Origin: Kiritimatiellia bacterium
GTDB taxonomy: Bacteria > Verrucomicrobiota > Kiritimatiellia > UBA8416 > JABMPJ01
DNA: 64,000 nucleotides
Reading direction: 5' to 3'
NCBI GenBank assembly: GCA_016783675.1
Contig: JADHWE010000001.1
Span: forward strand, 955 to 64,954
The translations under genes and the position numbers were made by a program. Positions 56,946-64,000 of the stretch are shown here, in pieces. Below the pieces are notes generated by a model that ran no database searches, was not told the origin of the DNA, and was given only the letters and a program-made list of their open reading frames with translations. Numbering within the stretch: the stretch's first letter is position 1; each line of letters starts with the position of its first letter.

Positions 56946-58196
56946 CTACTCGTGCCGCAGTGCGGTCACCGGGTCCATTCGTGCCGCGCGCGCCGCGGGA
57001 GCCAGCCCGAAGACCACGCCGACAATCCAGGATACCACCAGGGACAGCAGGATCGACTGTGCCGTGACCACGCCCTGCCACTCCAACCAGTGTGAGGCGA
57101 TCGGCACGGCCGCCGTACCCACGAGACACCCCAAAGCTCCGCCTACGGTTGAAAGGGTGACGGTTTCGATGAGGAACTGCACCAGGATGTCTCGCCGCCG
57201 TGCCCCGAGCGCCCGGCGCAGCCCGATCTCGGGTATCCGTTCCGTCACGATCGCCAGCATGATGTTCATGATCCCGATGCCGCCAACCAGGAGGCTGATG
57301 GCGGCGATGCTGACGAGCACCAGGCTCAGAATCCGCTGCGTGCGCTGCTTGCTGCGGAGCAGGTCAAGCGGAACGGACATCGTCACATCGTATACCCTGT
57401 GGTGCGTGTCAAGGATGCGCTGTATCACCCTTGCCGTTCCCGGCACTTCGTTCTCGTCCGCCACTTGAACGACAACCTGGCCTACATCGGTGCGGGTGAA
57501 TTCGATACTGCCGGCCTCACGCTGCACCGTGGTTGTGCCATAGCGGGCCCGGGCCACGTGGTAGGGCATGAAGATGATACGGTCGCCATCCGGCACCGCC
57601 AGATCCACCACACCAACCACCTTGAAATGCTGCCATCCAATGCGAATGAAGCCGTCGTCGACCACGCCACTGCGCCGTAGATCTGCATCCAGCCCCTGCG
57701 TCACGAGAACCACCTGGTGCCGTCGACTGTCGTCCAGCGGCGTGAGAAGCCGTCCCCGCACTACTCGCGTCGAGAAGAGGCCGAAATAGCCCGGATCGAC
57801 GCCCAGTACCCGTGCGTCAACACGTTCACCACGCGCATGCACCTTGTCCTTCACCTGGTGGGCAACCGAGACGCGCGCGGTCGGACATGCCCCGCGGATA
57901 AGGGCCACGTCTTTCTCGGTCAGTCCGTAGCGGAACAGACTTGCACGGTGGCCGCCGCTGGAGGACTCCACAGACGTCGAAGGGGGCTGAACCGAGTTAA
58001 GGATGATATTCTGCAGACCCAGCGCCGAGATTTCACGCAGCACGGTACGTTGTGCCCCCTCCCCGATCGCCAGCATGGTGATCACGGCCGCCACGCCACA
58101 CAGCACGCCCAGCATGGTCAGAACCGTGCGTAGCTTGTGCCGCCACAGGTTGCGCAAACCATCACTCACCAACTCGACGGGCCACAGGATGTCCAT
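56946..58196 (-). CDS. ABC transporter permease, MacB/FtsX type
   Basis: [34 protein letters not shown], a large periplasmic loop and a C-terminal FtsX 3-TM bundle. Confidence 0.9.
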   Translation of the reverse strand: MDILWPVELVSDGLRNLWRHKLRTVLTMLGVLCGVAAVITMLAIGEGAQRTVLREISALGLQNIILNSVQPPSTSVESSSGGHRASLFRYGLTEKDVALIRGACPTARVSVAHQVKDKVHARGERVDARVLGVDPGYFGLFSTRVVRGRLLTPLDDSRRHQVVLVTQGLDADLRRSGVVDDGFIRIGWQHFKVVGVVDLAVPDGDRIIFMPYHVARARYGTTTVQREAGSIEFTRTDVGQVVVQVADENEVPGTARVIQRILDTHHRVYDVTMSVPLDLLRSKQRTQRILSLVLVSIAAISLLVGGIGIMNIMLAIVTERIPEIGLRRALGARRRDILVQFLIETVTLSTVGGALGCLVGTAAVPIASHWLEWQGVVTAQSILLSLVVSWIVGVVFGLAPAARAARMDPVTALRHE

Positions 58197-58198
58197 GC

Positions 58199-58861
58199 CT
58201 ACGACTCCTCGAGTTTGCCGTCACGGATGTGCACCACGCGCGGAAGGTGTGAAGCGATTTCGCGGTCGTGCGTGATCATCACGATCGTGCGCCCCTCACC
58301 GTGCAGCTTCTCGAGCAGGGCAACAATATCGCCGCCTGTCCGGGAGTCCAGGTTGCCGGTGGGCTCATCCGCCAGGATAAGGGCGGGTTCCGTTACCAGC
58401 GCCCGTGCGATAGCCGTGCGTTGCCGTTCACCACCGGAGAGTTGCGAGGGCACGTGACGGCGTCGGGCCGACATACCGACCTCAGCCAGGGCACGCGCCG
58501 CCCGCTCCCGCCGCTCTCTGCGAGGCACGCCCTGGTAGAACAGGGGGAGCTCAACATTTTCCGACACGCTGAGCTGCGGTACGAGATGGAAAGACTGGAA
58601 CACGAACCCTACCAGTCGTCCGCGCAGAGTCGACAGCTCACGATCGTCCAACGCATGAACAGGACGGTCGTTGAAGGATAGCTGGCCTGATGTCGGACGG
58701 TCGAGCAGCCCCATGATGTGCAACATCGTCGACTTGCCCGAGCCGGACGGTCCCACAATGCCAAGATACTCCCCCTGGCCGATCTCCAGACAGACGTCGT
58801 CCAGAACGGTTAGTCCCCCGCCCACCGCGTAGGTCTTGGTGATATGTTGCAGACTGATCAT
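58199..58861 (-). CDS. ABC transporter ATP-binding protein (MacB/LolD type)
   Basis: [36 protein letters not shown]. Confidence 0.9.
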   Translation of the reverse strand: MISLQHITKTYAVGGGLTVLDDVCLEIGQGEYLGIVGPSGSGKSTMLHIMGLLDRPTSGQLSFNDRPVHALDDRELSTLRGRLVGFVFQSFHLVPQLSVSENVELPLFYQGVPRRERRERAARALAEVGMSARRRHVPSQLSGGERQRTAIARALVTEPALILADEPTGNLDSRTGGDIVALLEKLHGEGRTIVMITHDREIASHLPRVVHIRDGKLEES

Positions 58862-58864
58862 GGC

Positions 58865-60268
58865 TCAGGCTTCCGGCGCCACCAGCATAACCGTATCGCC
58901 TTCCGATACGCCTTCCAGGATCTGCGCGCGTGTGTCCGACGTTTCACCAACGCGAATCACCACACGTTCAACACGTCCCTTGGTGCTTCGATAGACGACC
59001 AGTTCCTCCTCCTCACGGAAGATCGACTGTAACGGGAGGGTCAAGCCATTGGTCACGCGGACCGCCTCAATCTCGGCCCGGCAGGAGAAGCCCGGCTTCA
59101 GGTCGGAACCGTCGTCGAGGAGGATCTCGACCTGGAACTCCTTGACGTCCACGCCCAACCAGCCGCCCGAGTTCGCCACCTCGGCCACCTTGGTGACCTT
59201 CCCGCGCATCACCACGTCGGCCAGTGCCTCACTGCGCACGATCGCTTCCTGCCCGAGACCTACGCGGTGGATATCTGCTTCCGAAACGTTGACGGCGGCA
59301 ACCATGCCGCTCATGTCGGGAATCGTCATCAGCACCTGCCCCCGGCTGATCCGCGCCCCAACCTGGATCTCGGATCGCCGCCAGGATCGGCTCGGGTCGC
59401 CGTAGGTGACGATGCCATCGGTCGGCGCACTTACGACGCAAGCCGTGAGCTCCTCACGTGCGTCTTCCAGTTCTTCGGTTGTGTTTTCAAGGGAACGCCG
59501 TGCCGACTCCACATCCTGCTCCTTCTGACGCAGCCGGACAGCGCCGTTCTTGCGAGCCTTCTCCAGGTCGGTCTGGGCGGATTCGAGTGTGTTGACGACT
59601 TCGGTCTCACGCAGGGGAAGCGTATAGCGTTCGTTCAGCGTCTCCTCCACCTTGGCGGTCTCGTGCGCCACCTTGGCACGCTCCAGCGCAATCCGTTCCT
59701 CTTCAACCTGGTCCTGGGTGACAAAGCCCTCTTCCAGCAAGCCTTCGATGTCCTTGACCCGTGTCTCCTTCATGGTGAGCTCGCGCGCCGTCGTCTCGAC
59801 CTGCAGCCGGGCCTTCCGCTCTTCCAGGGGAGCATCCCCTTCCCTGTACTTCTTGAGCTTCATCCCGGCGGCTGTCACGGCTTGCTCCGCGGCCTTGAGA
59901 TTCTTGATGTTGTCCATCTTCTCGACTTCAAGGGCGGTCTGCGCAGCGTCCAGCCTGTTCTCCTGCTCGATCAGGCGGCTTTCAAGGGTTCGGATCTGCT
60001 TCTCGACTTCCTCGGCACCAAAACGTGCGACCACCTGGCTGTTCGTCACACGCTCGCCCTCGGGAACGATGAACTCGATCGTGGCGCCTCCCTTGATCTG
60101 GGGATAAACCTTGTTGGACTCCGCGGCACGAATCTCACCCGATGCCCGGACAAGAACCACCATGTCTTCGCGGCGTGCTGTCTCCATCAGCACAACGGGA
60201 CCATCCGATCCCCGCCGGCATCCCGGCGCCAGAAGCACGCAGCCCAACAGCAACACCGCCATACGCAT
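58865..60268 (-). CDS. HlyD/MacA-family periplasmic adaptor lipoprotein
   Basis: MRMAVLLLGCVLLAPGC lipobox at the chosen start (ATG 60268). A long coiled-coil hairpin is flanked by barrel-sandwich segments. Confidence 0.85.
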   Translation of the reverse strand: MRMAVLLLGCVLLAPGCRRGSDGPVVLMETARREDMVVLVRASGEIRAAESNKVYPQIKGGATIEFIVPEGERVTNSQVVARFGAEEVEKQIRTLESRLIEQENRLDAAQTALEVEKMDNIKNLKAAEQAVTAAGMKLKKYREGDAPLEERKARLQVETTARELTMKETRVKDIEGLLEEGFVTQDQVEEERIALERAKVAHETAKVEETLNERYTLPLRETEVVNTLESAQTDLEKARKNGAVRLRQKEQDVESARRSLENTTEELEDAREELTACVVSAPTDGIVTYGDPSRSWRRSEIQVGARISRGQVLMTIPDMSGMVAAVNVSEADIHRVGLGQEAIVRSEALADVVMRGKVTKVAEVANSGGWLGVDVKEFQVEILLDDGSDLKPGFSCRAEIEAVRVTNGLTLPLQSIFREEEELVVYRSTKGRVERVVIRVGETSDTRAQILEGVSEGDTVMLVAPEA

Positions 60269-60296
60269 CCATCGATCTGCTCTCACGTCTACTCCC

Positions 60297-61856
60297 CTAC
60301 TGCTTGCTGATCTCAAGTTCCAGGATGGTGCCGTCCGGCCGAACATCCAGCGCACCGATGTTGCGCAACAGCTTGATCCGCTGTACCTCGTAGCTCACGC
60401 TCACGCGCGCATATGCATTGCGCGCGGCCAGCAATTCGTTCTCCGCCTCGACGACGTCACGGTTCAGCAGTTCGCCATTGCGGAAACGCAACATGGCGTT
60501 CCGTGCACGCCGTTCGGCAATCTCTATGTTCTGCCGCTCAATCGACACTGAACCTGCCAGGAAATCTAACCGCGTAAAACTGTCGATCACCTCCAGGCGC
60601 ACCTCGTCGCGCTTCTGTTCGAGAGCCCGCTGCGCGGCTTCCAGGTCAAGTCGGGCAAGCTTCACTGCATCGCGCTCGTCGCGCTTATCGATCGGCAATT
60701 CCAGCGTCACTCCGGCTTGGTACTGCTCTTCCAGCTCCTGGTCGCCGAACGACTCGGCCCCGCTGTCAGAAAGGGTAACGGTTCCGTAGACATCGAGGTC
60801 CGGCCGTAGCCATGACTTCGACTGCCGCAGGCGGCGTTCGGCATCGTCTACCCGATCGGCGACGGTCTGCAGGTCGAGACGGTACTCCAGCGCACGCATC
60901 ACGCATGCGGATTCATCGGCCAGCAGCGGCGTCACGCCGGGCACCTCGCCACGGATGACAGCGCGCTCCTCAACAGACAGTCCCAGCGAGAGCAGGTAGC
61001 GACGAATCTGCCCATCGTAGTCGGCTTCGGCCCGATTCAGCTGGTTGCTCGCCGACAGTTCCTGCTGCTGGGCGCGCAACACGTCAATCGCAGGCGCCCT
61101 GTTCACGCTGAACAGCGCTTCGGATCGCTCCCGCAGCCGGCGCGATTGCCCGACATTCGTCCGTGTGTTCTCCAGCACGGAACGCTGCAGGAGCAACGCG
61201 TAGAAACCTTCGAGTGAGGAAATCGCGATATCCTGACGCTGAAGGCCGAAACTCCGCAGGGCGTAAACCAGGCTCCGTTGGGCCTGAGTCAGGTTTTCAT
61301 GGCTGATTCCGTAGCCGGCACCGGCCAGCAGCGGCTGGTCTACACGCAGGCGCACGCTACTGCCATAGACGTCTGAACTGACGCCATTCGTGTCCGTCGA
61401 ACGGTCCATGCCGGTATCGCCAGAAAGCGAGACATCGCCGCCCGTCGGGAGGATCCGGGAGGCAGACAGGGCCAGGTCGGCCGACTCGTCCTGCGCCCCA
61501 TCACCGTCCTCACTGAGGACATAGGATACGGTCCCGGCCAGGTTGACACCGAAATTGCGGCGCACCCCCAGCAACGACACTATGTCCCGGTAGAGGCGAT
61601 CGCGCTGGTTCTGAAGAGTCCGGCTGTGCTTTGTGCCGATCTGCAGAGAGCTCTCCAAGGTCAGCACATCCGGTGCCGGGGGGCGTTCCTCGGGACCGTC
61701 GATGAGCGCGTCTTCCACCACGTTCGCGGAGAGGTAAGGATCGGCATCGACGCGGCGGCGCACCTCGCGCTGAACCAGCCGATCGGTCCTCCGCGTGGAG
61801 AGACATCCGCCCAAGCTGAGACAGAGCAGCAAGACTATGGAGACCGAGCGCTTCAT
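60297..61856 (-). CDS. TolC-family outer membrane efflux protein (lipoprotein-type signal)
   Basis: MKRSVSIVLLLCLSLGGC. Two OEP repeats. First gene of the efflux operon. Confidence 0.85.
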   Translation of the reverse strand: MKRSVSIVLLLCLSLGGCLSTRRTDRLVQREVRRRVDADPYLSANVVEDALIDGPEERPPAPDVLTLESSLQIGTKHSRTLQNQRDRLYRDIVSLLGVRRNFGVNLAGTVSYVLSEDGDGAQDESADLALSASRILPTGGDVSLSGDTGMDRSTDTNGVSSDVYGSSVRLRVDQPLLAGAGYGISHENLTQAQRSLVYALRSFGLQRQDIAISSLEGFYALLLQRSVLENTRTNVGQSRRLRERSEALFSVNRAPAIDVLRAQQQELSASNQLNRAEADYDGQIRRYLLSLGLSVEERAVIRGEVPGVTPLLADESACVMRALEYRLDLQTVADRVDDAERRLRQSKSWLRPDLDVYGTVTLSDSGAESFGDQELEEQYQAGVTLELPIDKRDERDAVKLARLDLEAAQRALEQKRDEVRLEVIDSFTRLDFLAGSVSIERQNIEIAERRARNAMLRFRNGELLNRDVVEAENELLAARNAYARVSVSYEVQRIKLLRNIGALDVRPDGTILELEISKQ

Positions 61857-62002
61857 ATCCGGTGAAATCTACCTGAAAGCGCCCCCCGGCAAAAGACGCA
61901 AAAAACGCGTTCTCGTGCTTGATCGCCGTGATCAATGGCGTTAGGCTGGCTTCAGATGAGAGGCTGATAGTGTCTGTCGAGCAGGAAGAAAGAGAGGGTC
62001 CC

Positions 62003-62554
62003 GTGAAGCGTAGAGATATCTTTTCGATCCTGATCATAGGACTGTGCGCAGTCCTGATCGGCATCACCGGTTGCGACAGCGACGATGATGACGATGATAG
62101 CGGCTCTGGTGGTGGACTGCCCGGCACATGGACGATTGCCGGCGCCACGATCACCGCTCCACTGGTGGGGGACAACTCGGCCATACTGCAGCTTGCAGGC
62201 GTGGACGTTGACGGCAATACCATGACCGTCAATGCAACGTTCCTGGGGCTGTTCGGCATCTCGATCACACTCATCATTGATGCCGATGGGACATGGGTCC
62301 TTCAGGCGACCGTGCCCACGATTCCGGGCTATGTTGATGCGGGAACGTACACGGCTGAAGGGACCTATTCCGCTTCGGGAGGCCGGGTGGACGTTACGAT
62401 CACCAGCGTGCCCGCCGAAGCGGCAGGCCTGGTCGCTGCGGGTGACAGCTATACGATCAGCTACAGCCAGAGCGGCGATTCGCTGAACCTCTCCGCCTCA
62501 AGCGCCGATCTCGGCGTAGCAGGCGTGTCCGGTTCGGTCGATTTCACTCGCTGA
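62003..62554 (+). CDS. Small lipoprotein with a poly-Asp/Gly linker, function unknown
   Basis: GTG 62003 follows GGAAGAAAGAGAGGG. VKRRDIFSILIIGLCAVLIGITGC lipobox, then DSDDDDDDSGSGGG, then a beta-rich domain. Confidence 0.6.
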   Translation: MKRRDIFSILIIGLCAVLIGITGCDSDDDDDDSGSGGGLPGTWTIAGATITAPLVGDNSAILQLAGVDVDGNTMTVNATFLGLFGISITLIIDADGTWVLQATVPTIPGYVDAGTYTAEGTYSASGGRVDVTITSVPAEAAGLVAAGDSYTISYSQSGDSLNLSASSADLGVAGVSGSVDFTR

Positions 62555-64000
62555 GATCGGCGGCAGGACGAGCGATACGGAGCACTGCCAGCAGCGCTCC
62601 GTATACCGCCATTCCCACCACGATTGCGCCCAGTACCCCGATAAGCTGAGCCAGCTTGCCTTCGCCCGTGGCCGCACCGCCAAGGTGTTGCATCCAGGCG
62701 GGAACACGCATCGCCACCCATGCCATCGCCAGCGCGGCCAGCAGTGTGCGTAGCATTCCCATCGCCAGCCGTCGCCAGCCCATCGGACCGATACGCCGCT
62801 GCAGGATAAGGGCAAGACTGACACAGTTCGCCGCCGAAGCCAGCACCGTGGCCAGCGCCAGGCCGCTATGTTTGAACTCCAGCGGCCAGGTCAGGACGAA
62901 TGTCACGTTGAGGACGAGGTTCAGCCCCACCATCACAGCCCCCACACGTACCGGCGTGCGCGTATCCTCAAGCGCATAGAACACGGGGACCAATAGCTTG
63001 TAGAGGCTGAAGACGATCAGTCCGGGCGCGTAGAACGCCAGGGCGCGCGCGGTCAGCACGCCTGAGCGGTCACCGAACTCCCCCCCCTGCCAGGCGTAGA
63101 CCAGGTCAACGATGGGACGCGCCAGCACAAGCAGCCCCAGTGCGGCCGGCACCATCACGAGCATCAGGTTGTGCACCGAGGTGCCGAACGTTGCGCGCAT
63201 ACGCGAGGGGTCGTCGTGCATGGCCTGCCGCGAGAACGTCGGCAATAGCACCGTACCCAATGCTGTGGCAAAGATCCCCAGGGGCAGGTAGACCAGCCGC
63301 TCCGCGAATGTCAGCGCGGCCGGAGCCCAGCTGGCCGCCCATAGGGCCAGAATGCGGTCGAGGAAGAAGTTGACCTGGTGGATTCCCATTCCCAGTGCCG
63401 CCGGGCCCATCAGCAGCAACACACGTCGGACCTTGGCGTCGCCCCACGCAAAGGAGAGATGCGGACGAATGCCCAAGTGCACAAAGCCGGGCACTTGAAT
63501 CGCCAACTGTACCGCCCCCGCCACGAGAATGCCCCACGCCACAAACTGGATCCGATCCGCAGGCGTCGACCCATAGCGCGAGCAAAAGACCAACAACACC
63601 AGGATCCAGACCACATTCAGCGCCACCGGCGTGAAAGCAGGCAGGGCAAAGCGATGCTGCGAATTGAGGATGGCCATGCAGATGGCAACCATGCAGATGA
63701 AGAACGTGTAGGGGAGCATTGTCCGCAACATCGGCAGGACGGCCCCCACCCGTTCACTCCATGTGCCGTACTCAAGGGCCAGCGTAATTCCCAGAACACC
63801 CAGGGCCACAACGGACAGCAGAATCACGCCCATCAGCGTCATGACCTGCCCCACGAGTCGATTGGCCGCTTCGCGCCCCTCCCCCTCCGACGTTTTCGTG
63901 AGCACCGGAACGAGCGCAGCGGACAGGGCACCTTCGCCAAACAGGCGGCGGAAGAGGTTCGGGATACTGAAGGCCACATCGAAAGCCGACTTGGCCAGCG
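62544..64000 (-). CDS. murJ: Lipid II flippase MurJ (MviN). The N-terminus lies outside the window.
   Basis: ...LAKSAFDVAFSIPNLFRRLFGEGALSAALVPVL... The reading frame stays open to position 64000, so the track start at 63977 (GTG) is internal. 14-TM MOP-family body. Confidence 0.9.
   Translation of the reverse strand, partial: LAKSAFDVAFSIPNLFRRLFGEGALSAALVPVLTKTSEGEGREAANRLVGQVMTLMGVILLSVVALGVLGITLALEYGTWSERVGAVLPMLRTMLPYTFFICMVAICMAILNSQHRFALPAFTPVALNVVWILVLLVFCSRYGSTPADRIQFVAWGILVAGAVQLAIQVPGFVHLGIRPHLSFAWGDAKVRRVLLLMGPAALGMGIHQVNFFLDRILALWAASWAPAALTFAERLVYLPLGIFATALGTVLLPTFSRQAMHDDPSRMRATFGTSVHNLMLVMVPAALGLLVLARPIVDLVYAWQGGEFGDRSGVLTARALAFYAPGLIVFSLYKLLVPVFYALEDTRTPVRVGAVMVGLNLVLNVTFVLTWPLEFKHSGLALATVLASAANCVSLALILQRRIGPMGWRRLAMGMLRTLLAALAMAWVAMRVPAWMQHLGGAATGEGKLAQLIGVLGAIVVGMAVYGALLAVLRIARPAADLSE

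Overview
The window is GC-rich, gene-dense bacterial chromosome with about 65 protein-coding genes, one tRNA and one degenerate tRNA-like copy. I found no transposase, integrase, CRISPR array or recognisable defence system.

The left 8.7 kb is an accessory metal and metalloid resistance block:
- A minus-strand operon headed by a Cu(I)-type CsoR repressor: csoR, an outer-membrane factor, two YHS/TRASH-like metal-binding proteins, then a CusB-like adaptor that runs off the window.
- A divergent ars operon: arsR, a COG0701 permease, two thioredoxin-fold proteins, ccdA, arsC, acr3.
- The block ends at tRNA-Arg(ACG).

The rest is housekeeping:
- glpK and dinB.
- An ABC-2 transporter with a YhcH-family gene.
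- An RRM glycine-rich RNA-binding protein next to a DEAD-box helicase.
- Rrf2-sufBCDSU-nfu, an orphan histidine kinase and dnaE.
- A 732-aa long-form GreA.
- An APC transporter fused to a PTS-EIIA-like domain.
- pilD-aroE-leuA-ilvN-ilvB.
- amt-glnK with a divergent GAF/sigma-54 activator.
- ispG-rseP-dxr-cdsA-uppS-purA, then a DegT aminotransferase and queE.
- A TolC/HlyD/MacB-type efflux operon and murJ (partial).

The long GreA suggests a PVC-superphylum organism, but that is an unverified guess.

The signals I found most interesting are non-coding:
1. A Val/Leu-rich leader peptide with terminator and antiterminator upstream of ilvB.
2. A -24/-12 sigma-54 promoter for amt-glnK.
3. A dispersed REP-like hairpin family (GGTAGGGC...GCCGC), five copies, three of them inside operons.
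4. Two other palindromic or direct-repeat elements, one after tRNA-Arg and one in the ilvB-ilvN spacer.
5. Candidate CsoR, Rrf2 and other operator palindromes.

I did not find convincing evidence of a wholly new multi-gene system. Many long ORFs in the supplied track are antisense shadows of real genes.
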